DNA from: Hydrurus foetidus
Taxonomy: Eukaryota
NCBI GenBank assembly: GCA_900617105.1
Contig: UYFQ01000710.1
Coordinates: forward strand, 124,001-162,312
Reading direction: 5' to 3'
Length of the DNA stretch: 38,312 bases
The translations under genes were made by a program, and so were the position numbers. Of the stretch, positions 25,069 through 36,070 are shown piece by piece. The notes beneath the pieces are model-generated. The model searched no databases, had not been told where the DNA came from, and worked only from the letters and a program-made list of their open reading frames with translations. Position 1 is the first letter of the stretch. Each line of letters starts with the position of its first letter.

Positions 25069-25675
25069 CGCACTACATAACGCAGTCATTCCTAATAGAA
25101 CAATAGATGACGCACTTATTCCCAACAGAACAATAAACATCTTCTTCAACTTGAACTTGAAGTGCCATACAGTGATGTGGGTTAGGATAGTGCTAGGATA
25201 ACATAAGTTTGTTCGGTTTACTTCACTTTTTTTTCGTGTTGTGTAATAGAAACGATAGGGCCACATACTTTTTATCACAGCCACTAAATAGGAAGAGTTA
25301 AAAAGAACGCTATTTCACAATTCATAATATGAAGGAAATTCAGTGCTGCACATGATTTGCGGGAACGGTCAATCACTCTTATGCTGAATATTGAACAGAA
25401 AATGCATTAAGCAATACGCAAAGCGCAGGGGAGATTGCAGTTTGCAGTCCACACGCCCAATTAACTTCCTTTTACTCCGATTAAAATTCAGATAATTAGG
25501 TGGACATCATACTTTTAGATGCACATCGTATTCCTGCAACATCCCAAGGAGGGAGCAGGAGTGATGATTGCTGAACACAACAGTATTTTCAACTGTAGCA
25601 TTTTTAGAAGCAGATTGGACAGTCCTGCATGAGGAGACAGCAAATCTCTCCTCTCCATCAACTCCTTCTTGAGAG

Positions 25676-28600
25676 ATGTCAGGTAGTTTCACGGTCTGTA
25701 GTTCGAGGTCGCTCGTTGTCACTGCAGTGGATTTATGTCCGACGATGGATTTGATAGTCATCTTAAGCAATCAGGGCACAGTGACGGTTTACAGAACGCT
25801 TACATGGTAGAGAGGAATATCTTTGAATCATTTTGATGTTGACGATAATGCGCTCTTTGCTTATCAATAATCCGCAACAAACAATCACAGGGAGAAAGTT
25901 ATTTCGAAGAGTTCATCCGAGCTTACAGGTTCTGGCACATCAATGCCGTTGACTATAAGCTTTTGTCTCACGGGTAAAGCTGTTGCTGTAGGTTGTAATG
26001 AGGGTGATTTGCTGGTACTCGATATTGCAACAGCACAAGTTTTGAGTGCATTCCAAGGCCCTAATAACAACGTCAGAAGTTCAGTTCAGCAAGTTGGATG
26101 GGTTCAGCACGTGGATCCAATTTGTGCTGCCTACAACAGTTGCCAAATCGTAGGTAGAATGATTACATGGCGATGCGGTGGGATGAATTTAGTTGACAGG
26201 TCAGTAAGGAATACTCGATTATCTTATGCTCCAGAGAAAAATTTGCTCATGAATTTTATTTTAGCACACTGCAAATTTACGATTACATCAATCCTGCATG
26301 ATCACGGCAATTAGAGCAGGAATGGAGGAGCACTTAGAGTCTGGACTAGGAGATGCCCCTGAGAATGCAATCGTGGGATCGCTCTTTCGGTCAACGGAGA
26401 ACTGTGTTCTGCTCTCTGTAAGTGCCAACAAGGAACTGTCAGGATTTATCTTTGGAATTTTCCCTCTATTCACAGCTCAAATGGACATGGGATACACATT
26501 GGTGAAAGGTTATACACCATTTGAGGCGGTTTATGTGGTGTCAAAAGAGACTAACGCAGAGCAGAACAATCAGAATAAAATTCAGAATTCTGATTCAGTT
26601 ATAAGTCCAATTTTATCGGAACACAATGTTCTGAAAATAGATATAGAAATGTTGAAGTGTGTCAGCTGTTCCTTTCATTGGTTTGAGCAGACTGCAAGTC
26701 TTTATTTAGTCATTCATTCTGAGTTCGCTAAGCTACAGGATATGATAACCGGATTTAGCCGTAAATGGAAGGATGCAACTAGAGTCATACTGCCAAAACT
26801 GTCTCTTCTCCAGGGCATATTAGACGGATATCAACTGAGCATGACGGCCACGCAATTCATGTATACCATTGCTCAGTGCGGTTTGTGGCATCCAGCTGCA
26901 CTGACCGCTTTCTCTCAGCACTGGAATCATCAGGGCATCTCTCGGTTAAGATCGGCAGTAGATGCGACTTCTACTTCCATCAGGAAATCCTTGCAGCTCA
27001 GGGCAGTGCCGATCGCCACTAATATTGCTCTGCGATGCAGGCAAGTGTGTCGCATTGCATTACATTACATTCTGTTACATTTGTAATGCAGTGCAAGACG
27101 TGAACTGCTCATTGATATTCCGTCATATACTGCTCTCCCACATTCCATCTTTCTTACTCTATAATGTATCGCACTCACACCGTGTTATGCCATATCTACT
27201 TCGTATCGCATTGTGCTAACTCCGTATTATACCGCAATATACCGTAATACACCGTATACAGAGAACTGTTGGGAATACAGAACGCCATTGAATCGTGTTA
27301 TGGGAGTAGACCGAATACCAAACAATTTGACAAAGGATTTCTGGGGTGAGTTTGATAAATTTCAGATTTAGTTCCGAAGTCCGCAGTGGGAGAATTGTGT
27401 GCTGTGTGTTAATTGCCAATAATTGATATTTGTACGTGTGTCATTCAGCTCCTAGTTATGTGAGCAGATTTATCAATCCAGCAGCGTGACTATAGATTGT
27501 ATCTCCGACTGCAGCTTGGTATTCCATACTGAATAAGCACTCAACTTTACTCAGCTCTACTCTTGTCTTCTGTACCCTACCCTATTCTACCCCTCTCTAC
27601 TCCATGTGCTTTACTTGTATTTGCACTGACTGGTATTATACGGTATGCATGTATCAGTAGTCTAGAAAGATCATCTGAGTTGCCGCTCTACAAAACAGAC
27701 AACTCCGATTATCAGTCTTCGTAATTTCTCCTTACTTTAATCTCCTCCACTCTCCTCTACTTTACTGTACTCTACTGTACTATACTCTACTTTACTCTCC
27801 TCTACTCTCCTCCACTCTACTCTACTCTACTTTACTCTCCTCTACTGTACTCTCCTCTACTCTTCTCCTCTTTACTCTAGTTAACTAAACTATGCTTACG
27901 TATGTATTAAATGGATGGTGCATCAGGACTTTAGTGAGGTCATCCGAGCTTCTTTTGTACAAACTGGACGACACGCTGCAAGAAGCCAGAGCTGCACAAG
28001 AGGCAATGGCTGTGTACTTACAGGTGGTATCGTTCGTACATGAAATAGAATGTAAAATGAATAAATTTATCGTACAACGCAAAATACTGAAGTGTTTTAT
28101 ATTGTACCATTTTTGATTTGGAATTTTAAAAGCTTATTGAATTCTCATAGTGAGGAGTACTGACTGCACAATACAGTTGCATTTGATATCTTACGTAATC
28201 ATCATTGTACTACTTTTTCCTTGAAACAGTTTATCAAAGAATGCTCTGCCCAGGCTCAGTGCATTCCTCCAGCTACACCAACCACTAAATGGAATCTCAA
28301 CATGACTTCGAAGTACCTCGAAATATTCGACCCAAGGTCCGCGAGGGGGGTAGGGACGGGCCCGACCGCCCAAGCTGAGGTAGTGACTGGTACGCACTTG
28401 TACGCGTACTTACAAGATGGTGATCTTCCTATCGATTTAGTGAACTCAACATCGAAGGTGAAGAGGAGTAGTGGTGGTGACAGAGAAGGAGGAGGAGAAG
28501 AAGATAGAGGGATGTTATCTGAACACGACCAGAATACAAGGAGTAGGGAAGATGTCATCAATGAAATATACACCATCTCAGAGCAATGCGAAGATGTCAC

Positions 28601-29846
28601 AGGAAAGTATAGTCACGCAGAGCAACACACCGCATTCTCAAAACGATCTCTGCTGCAAGAAATAAAACATGCAAAGGAGACATTCAGTAGAGCTTTCTAC
28701 AACACACATACGGTTATTTCAAACGTAATGACGGCCAATTGTACCGTGTATTCCCCGCACACAGACACCCCTTCATCTGCCAAAAAGAAGCCACAATTAA
28801 ATGCAAAGAATATGGAAGTAATGAGCAGCATTTCAAGTCAAGAATGTTCTCCATCTCTTCCTAACGAATGTTCTTCAATTCTTCCTAACGAATGTTCCTC
28901 AATTATGAGTGCGGATGATACTCTCGTCAGAGATATGGCAATAACCGTGAGGACAGTATCAGGGTCAGATAAAAATGGAAGCAATCAAAGCAGCTCCTGC
29001 AGCACTCAGTTAAATGGCAAAAACGGATTAATTTGTCTTGAGAATGCATTGATCACAGCTGCAGTGGTGTCCTATGTGTCTAACCCACTCACGCAGTCCC
29101 ATCTGATAGTGCTCTGTCGGTCTCTGACTGACACGCGTCAAGAACGTGACTCACTTTACTGTGCCAAAGTGAGTCTCACCAATAGTGAGAACTTGGATCT
29201 GCATTCTGGAATGGGGAGTGTTAAAAAGATCAGACTATATGTGGGACCATCAGCCGGTGGGCCGTGTCTACCAGATAGTTGCGACAAATTGACAGCTGAC
29301 TTCCCGCGATCTGAGGATAGTTTGGAGGATATTTCACGGATGCGTGCTGGTGATGACTGTGAAGATGATGATGAAGATGATGATGATGATGACAAGCCAA
29401 TGAGAGCAGCAGCTGTCGTGTGTGTTGGGACAGCGAAGGGTACAGCTGACGGAGATGAATCGAATAGTCCACGCACCTGTCTGATGCGCATAGATTTGAA
29501 GGAACTCATCTTTACCGCGATATCTCCGCTTCTCAAATCTACTGATAATATAGAGCAGATGAGAACAGACAGTGCGTGTGTGCGGAATGTTCCAGTCCAA
29601 GGTCTGGGGTCTTCTGATGAGAATGTTCCCCATAGGGAGAGATTGCTGGACTTGGAGTTGCCATCTGACAGTGGTCGAATTGTTCTTGAGGCATGTGCTG
29701 CTAGAGGTGTCGTAGTGGTGGGTAGTAGCTCTAATGGGGCGGGTGGAGGCAGAGCGATTGTGGTGGATATGGAGAATGATGAAGACACAGAGGAGGAGGA
29801 GGAGGAGGGAGGTGGAGGAGAAGGAGGAGGAGGGGGAAGAGAATGA
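25676..29846 (+). CDS. ANAPC4: Anaphase-promoting complex subunit 4 (APC4: N-terminal WD40 + long helical domain), 6 exons, ~987 aa
   Basis: Exons 25676-25806, 25891-26149, 26265-27040, 27262-27345, 27927-28023, 28230-29846 are phase-consistent; intron 3 is GC-AG. The N-terminus VDLCPTMDLIVILSNQGTVTVYRTLTWEKV, then ISFCLTGKAVAVG..GDLLVLDI and ELSGFIFGIFPL, fits APC4, as does the C-terminal LEACAARGVVVV..RAIVVDMENDED. The true end may be 29919 (see findings). Confidence 0.85.
27740..27879. repeat. (CTACT/CTCCT)n pyrimidine-rich microsatellite, intronic; shorter copy at ~32540-32635
   Basis: Directly visible imperfect pentamer run, duplicated along with the APC4 segment. Confidence 0.85.
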
Positions 29847-30712
29847 AGATGGAGATGAATTGTTGAACGATGATGTCGATGATGGTGACACCACGTACGT
29901 CACTATGAGAACGCACTAACTTCACCGTAAGCCCACACAGCACTTCATTTAAATCTGATTTACATATTTTCTATTCGTATATGCCATGATAATTACATAA
30001 AATATTGGACCCTTTTCTAGCTTCGAAGAAATCCTTGATATCTGCTGATGTGAAATGTGAACACTCGTCCTCAGTACACTTGCTGCATTGGCTGCTGTCG
30101 ACACGATTGACGTGACGTATTCTGTATTTTGTGTATTGCATCGACTGATGCACAGCACTGATCTGCATCCTGTCAGTCATCCAGATATTTCAATTCAAGA
30201 TAGAATAGCATCTGAATCGTAACGGTTCCACCCCAGGCGGGCCTAAAAGTGCGAGAAGAAGATACAAATTTCATGATTAGCCAAGAATTTTAGTCATAAA
30301 GTTACTGGCGTAACATAGAATTTTAAAAATCACAGTCCAGTCGCGTATGACGTGGTGGGAAAAAAAGATGAATGAGAACAATGCGGAGTGCTAATTCGTG
30401 ATCACTAAACGGAATTTTAAAAGAAATACGAGAACCGTCCAAGCAACAACTCCTATGATGCAATATCAACTAGAAACGTAGTATATTATTTCAAGAAAAA
30501 ATTCTAATTGCTATACTGCAGGCAGTCGTCTGTCCCACTGATTGCTTGTTTTGTGGAGTCTTTTCGATTACTGCCTTGTTTCCGTGTCGCAGCACGTTGA
30601 GCAATAGACGTACGGCACATGAGATTTATGTGTCTATCGTAGTACTTTAGCTTCGTTGAGGCTCACCTGTGCCCAGCGTACTTATTACTAATCTTTTCCC
30701 CTCGTGCCATCT

Positions 30713-30795
30713 GGGCGTTTGGCTCAGTGGTAGAGCGCGTGGTTCGCAATGTACGATATTCCTCGAGGTCGTGGGATCGATCCCCACAATGTCCA
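30713..30795 (+). tRNA. tRNA-Ala(CGC) with 11-nt intron at canonical position 37/38 (30749-30759)
   Basis: Acceptor stem GGGCGTT/AATGTCC has G3:U70 (Ala identity) and A73. D-arm GCTC-AGTGGTA-GAGC; anticodon CGC at 30745-47; T-arm GTGGG-ATCGATC-CCCAC. The spliced tRNA is 72 nt, with one T-T mismatch in the anticodon stem. Confidence 0.9.
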
Positions 30796-30799
30796 GCGA

Positions 30800-30810
30800 T
30801 TTTTAATTTT
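30800..30810 (+). terminator. RNA polymerase III oligo-T terminator of tRNA-Ala
   Basis: TTTTTAATTTT begins 5 nt after the discriminator base. Confidence 0.7.
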
Positions 30811-30861
30811 GGCCCCAATTCTTGCCCCCCATCTCTTCCACTGATGTACTGTTCAGGTTCC

Positions 30862-31592
30862 CACTGCTGTCAAAAAGTCCGCACGGTGTCAAAAAGTCCG
30901 CACGGTTACTTTAGCCCCGGTAACTTCATGAATAAATTTCAAAAAACACTTTGGAAAATTGCTTTCATGTAATTTGATAGTGCTTTCCGTGAATTCAAAA
31001 TAGAAAAAGTCCAAAAATAATTTTATTCCACTGATGTTTAATCACCTCAATATTCGCTTTTCCCAAATTTGACCAAACTTGTTTTCAGAGAGAAATAGGG
31101 TGGTTATCAAGTTAAGTGTACTTAACTTAGTATGGAACCGCGAGGGTTTGACTTGAAACGGAAGATTTCTCGAGATACAATGACTTCAGTCGTAAATCGA
31201 GATTTTCTTACGGTTTTCGGGTGTGATTTTCACCGATTCCATGGGAAAACACCTCGATTTACGACTGAAGTCATTGTATCTCGAGAAATCTTCCGTTTCA
31301 AGTCAAACCCTCGCGGTTCCATACTAAGTTAAGTACACTTAACTTGATAACCACCCTATTTCTCTCTGAAAACAAGTTTGGTCAAATTTGGGAAAAGCGA
31401 ATATTGAGGTGATTAAACATCAGTGGAATAAAATTATTTTTGGACTTTTTCTATTTTGAATTCACGGAAAGCACTATCAAATTACATGAAAGCAATTTTC
31501 CAAAGTGTTTTTTGAAATTTATTCATGAAGTTACCGGGGCTAAAGTAACCGTGCGGACTTTTTGACACCGTGCGGACTTTTTGACAGCACTG
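30862..31592. mobile_element. Non-autonomous foldback DNA transposon (731 bp; 340-bp arms, 51-bp spacer; TSD GGTTCC)
   Basis: Arms 30862-31201 and 31253-31592 are reverse complements, with one mismatch seen (position 3, CAC vs CAG). GGTTCC flanks both sides (30856-61, 31593-98). A subterminal 19-bp tandem TGTCAAAAAGTCCGCACGG x2 sits at each end. Confidence 0.92.
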
Positions 31593-32357
31593 GGTTCCTA
31601 GCAAGTCTCGCTGTAAGCATTTATTCATCTCATGTCTGCTACTCACTAATCATGGCTGCTTCTCATCATTTCAAGGAGCGTGATCAAATTCGAGGTCGAT
31701 TTATCCGTCAATTGCCAGAAGTCACGGTATACGGTATTTCGGGACCCATTGTACCACAACAATCTAACACCAAGGGGATATACAGTAGAAGGAGACTATC
31801 TTATAACAATTTTCTTCCTCCCTCAGTCATTGTAACTCTGGGAAGAGCGACTATTTAATGGAATTGACTTGAAATCTGGAAACACCACTGCTGACCACTT
31901 CGGGAGCATTTCTGTTGACGAGCATTTGTACTTAACAGATGCCTCAGATAATAAAAAAACAATTTTTCTTGAAGTGAAGCTCAATCAAATCTAAAACCTC
32001 AGATTTATGTCTTTCTTTCTATTCATTCATTGATTTTCCACTTTTCGAGCTCAGCACTATCTCTCGCTTGCATTTTCTATCACGATAGAATTAAGGATTG
32101 CCATTAATTATGCGACGACTGCCATCATCAAATGTGCTTATATACACACAATGTAGAGTAATAAATTTGATACGGGGTATCAAATTGCCGAGCATCTCAA
32201 TTTGTCCCGGCAGCTTACCTCTCTGTCGGCTAATTTTATCCAGGTACGAGCTAAACAACCACGAAGCTCTCAACATGAAGGCTTTCTCCTAAAAGAGTTC
32301 GAAGTTACACAATCACGAACACAATTTAGCATGGTGACTTGATTGATACTGCATCCT

Positions 32358-33881
32358 CTCTACTCTTCTGTACCCTACCCTATTCTACTCTACTCAACTC
32401 CATGTGCTTTATTTGTATTTGCACTGACTGGCATTATACGGTATGCATGTATCAGTAGTCTAAAAAGATCATCTGAGTTGCCACTCTACGAAACAGACGA
32501 CCCCGATTATCAGTCTTCGTAATTTCTCCTTACTTTAATCTCCTCCACTCTCCTCTACTCTTCTTTACTCTACTTTACTCTCCTCTACTCTCCTTTACTC
32601 TCCTTTACTTTACTATACTCTCCTCTTCACTCTACTTAACTAAACTATGCTTACGTCTGTATTAAATGGGTGGTACGTCAGGACTTTAGTGAGGTCATCC
32701 GAGCTTCTTTTGTACAAACTGGACGACACGCTGCAAGAAGCTAGAGCTGCACAAGAGGCAATGGCTGTTTACTTACAGGTGGTATCGTTCGTACATGAAA
32801 TAGAATGTAAAATGAATAAATTTATCGTACAACGCAAAATACTGATGTGTTTTATATTGTACCATTTTTGATTTAGAATTTTAAAAACTTATTGAATTCT
32901 CATAGTGAGGAGTACTGACTGCACAATACAGTTGCATTTGATATCTTATGCAATCATCACTGTACTACTTTTTCTTTGAAACAGTTTATCAAAGAATGCT
33001 CTGCCCAGGCTCAGTGCATTCCTCCAGCTACACCAACCACTAAATGGAATCTCAACATGACTTCGAAGTACCTCGAAATATTCGACCCAAGGTCCGCGAG
33101 GGGGGTAGGGACGGGCCCGACCGCCCAAGCTGAGGTAGTGACTGGTCGCGTACTTACAAGATGGTGATCTTCCTATCGATTTAGTGAACTCAACATCGAA
33201 GGTGAAGAGGAGTAGTGGTGGTGACAGAGAAGGAGGAGGAGAAGAAGATAGAGGGATGTTATCTGAACACGACGAGAATACAAGGAGTAGGGAAGATATC
33301 ATCAATGAAATATACACCATCTCAGAGCAATGCGAAGATGTCACAGGAAAGTATAATCACGCAGAGCAACACACCGCATTCTCAAAACGATCTCTGCTGC
33401 AAGAAATAAAACATGCAAAGGAGATATTCAGTAGAGCTTTCTACGACACACATACGGTTATTTCAAACGTAATGACGGCCAATTGTACCGTGTATTCCCC
33501 GCACACAGACGCCCCTTCATCTGCCAAAAAGAAGCCACAATTAAATGCAAAGAATATGGAAGTAATGAGCAGCATTTCAAGTCAAGAATGTTCCTCAATT
33601 CTTCCTAACGAATGTTCTCCAATTCTTCCTAACGAATGTTCCTCAATTATGAGTGCGGATGATACTCTAGTCAGAGATATGGCAATAACCGTGAGGACAG
33701 TATCAGGGTCAGATAAAAATGGAAGCAATCAAAGCAGCTCCTGCAGCACTCACTTAAATGGCAAAAACGGATTAATTTGTCTTGAGAATGCATTGATCAC
33801 AGCTGCAGTGGTGTCCTCAAGGGACTCGAAGAACGTGTCTAACCCACTCACGCAGTCCCATCTGATAGTGCTCTGTCGGTC
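32358..33881 (+). pseudogene. Partial duplicate of APC4 (intron 4 to mid exon 6), frameshifted and truncated by an LTR insertion
   Basis: Highly similar to ~27555-29122 (offset ~4.75 kb) and lacks exons 1-4. An 11-bp deletion (ACGCACTTGTA) at 33146/33147 breaks the frame. Homology stops at CGGTC|TGTAGCC. Confidence 0.88.
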
Positions 33882-36070
33882 TGTAGCCTTATTGCATCTC
33901 TAGGGGGATACAATGTGTCTAGGTTAACTAGGTACAATAGGTACAATACGCCCAGATTCCACTTTTAGGTCTTAGTTCCACATAGATCTCCCGCCCTGTT
34001 AGGAGACTGTACATCACCTATCCTTTAACTGTAACCTATAATCACAACGTTAAACCACCTAACGACGTCTTCCCTTGTCCCACGCCTTCGCTCTCTAACC
34101 TCCGAAACCTCCGTCCTCCGTCCAAGGCCCCGCTTCAGGCCATAATATCGATATTCGGTCTTCACCGAAGTTTCCTCCGAGATTTTTTTTTCTCTTTTTG
34201 ACTGTTACCTTCGTCTCCTTCCAACATTCCCCGTCACGTCAAAGTTATGGCTGTACGTTGCCAGGAGAAAAAGGCCAGCTCCATCAATGCCCTACGACGA
34301 CAACAGCAGCCTCCTTGAGCTATCGCCGTCGCCTTCCGACAACGTTATGATGAGCACCACAACCGTGGCGGAGATTTAGAGTCTCCTGTGCCACTTGCGG
34401 CTCAGGACCCCGCCGGCGACCTCTGCACCGATTCCTCAGCGGAATTCGGAGCCTGCGGTCATGTCTGCCGTTGATGTCCCTGTCATTTCTGCGTTGTCTG
34501 CCTTATCATTGCAACCAGCTTCGGCTGCGATACCAGCTTCGGCTGCGATACCAGATTCAACTGCGACCCCAGCTTCGGCTGAGATTCCTATTTCAAGGAC
34601 GATGGCACCATTCCAGCAATATGTGCAGACAGGTGAGAGAGCTCCTAAGTTGAGCGCCGTGCCCTCTCGTCAGGAAGTACTACGGGTAATGGAGGTTCTC
34701 CTTTCAAATGGAACTCCATTTAAACCATTTGATGTAGTCCATGTTTCCAACCATCAATCGTTCACAACGCTTCTCAAGCGTAAATTCGCGACAGATCCTG
34801 ATCGTCGTGATGCTTGTAACAATTGGAAGCATTGGACGAATCAATACTTTTGTAGAGAACTAAATCTCACAGTTCCTACATCAGCTGTCAATCGAACTGA
34901 CAAACTAAGTTTCATTGAAACTATCTCTCAGATCGCACTTCAATACGACCTGAAGAACAAGTCAGCGGAAGACAAGACAGATCAGCTTTTAGCTGATATT
35001 GTCGAGGCATTCCCTGATGAAACACCCGCTCGCCAACTTCAGGCAACTAAAATTCTCATCGATAAGTTGCCAGTCGAACCTATCAATTGGAGAGCAGTGT
35101 TACAGCGTAGTCTTAAAAATACAACACCAAGACTCATTACAATCGAAGACTTTCAATTCGTATAGCTTGCGCAGCTTGCTAAGCTACGAGAATCAATTGA
35201 TGCCTTACGGTTCATTGATGTCTCTCCTTTGTATGCTTATAACTCTCGCCAAATCAAAGCCCCTCCTCGTTCCTCTCAGGACAAAATCAAAAAACGTCCA
35301 CGAGAGAGCGAACAATCTGAGCAGTCAGACATATCTGACAAACATGAAAGACCTCTCTGCACAGGTTGTGGGAGACTTGGCCATTTCGTCGCCACGTGTT
35401 TCTACACTACGTCTCCGTACTTTAACAGTATTCAGACACCCTTCATCAACTCTGAGGGTAATAAGCAGTTGTTGAAAGTTGATCCACAGGCTAAGTTTAT
35501 CCCAACTTTGCCTAAGACAACCTCTTCTTCATCTTCCTCCTCCTCGTCGTCAAAAGCTGCTACTTCAACAGCAGACTCGACACACGCTGCGAAGAAACAC
35601 AAAGGTGAGCAACTCTGCAACCTCAATTCATCATCTATTCTTTCCGATGATCCAGAACTTATTCCTTTCTTCATTTCTCCTCTCTCACAGGAGCTTATGC
35701 TGGGAAAAAGTAATAGAGTTTTTACTATCCTGGACACCGGCTCTTTTGCTGGCAACTTTATAAACCGCCGCATTATAACTAACCATAATTTCACACAATT
35801 CGTTTCGAACTCTTCAAAGAAACTGTGTAGAGTTTGTAGTGGATTAGATAATCATTGTTATGATATTTCTGATACTATAGACTTAACTCCTTCTTATTTT
35901 TGCCCTGATTTAAATAATCATCATACTTTTCCAATCACGGCTTATGTTTTAAACGAATCGAAATTTGATTTAATAGTGGGAAGGAAAACAATTCGTGAGT
36001 TGAATTTGTTTTCACGATTCCCCGATCAAATATTTGCCAATGCTCCATCAAGCACAATCCCGTTAGCGGA
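33882..36070 (+). mobile_element. LTR retrotransposon A (probably Ty3/gypsy-like), 5' part: putative LTR 33882-~34144, gag-protease; truncated before RT
   Basis: Starts with TGTAGCC exactly where APC4 homology breaks. Candidate LTR ends are GCTTCA (34137) or GGCCATA (34144). It is followed by gag with a zinc knuckle and an aspartic protease. No second LTR is in the window, so LTR limits and superfamily are inferred. Confidence 0.8.
34287..36070 (+). pseudogene. gag-protease reading frame of element A with two in-frame TAG stops (34377, 35163)
   Basis: ORFs 34395-35165 and 35229- share one frame with the ATG at 34287. CX2CX4HX4C knuckle CTGCGRLGHFVATC, protease motif ILDTGSFAGNFI and C-terminal DLIVGRKTI are present. 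Confidence 0.85.

Noticed and set aside
25060..25135. Short duplication CAATAGATGACGCACT around the HCF107-like stop codon
   Set aside because: Small local tandem duplication in the 3' UTR with no evident function.
30862..31592. Palindrome as a fold-back sequencing or assembly artifact, and ORF 31132-31332
   Set aside because: Unique sequence resumes on both sides with a direct 6-bp duplication and a distinct 51-bp spacer, as expected for an insertion. The short ORF is incidental.
31600..32350. Possible decayed gene fragments (including a minus-strand AG..GTAAGC-bounded segment near 32220-32290) and a 10-bp hairpin at 32164-32186
   Set aside because: Frames are short and interrupted with no recognisable domain, and the hairpin is too short to exceed chance.
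35163..35165. Programmed stop-codon readthrough in gag
   Set aside because: The TAG lies mid-gag before the zinc knuckle and is best explained as a TGG>TAG mutation. A second stop at 34377 indicates decay.
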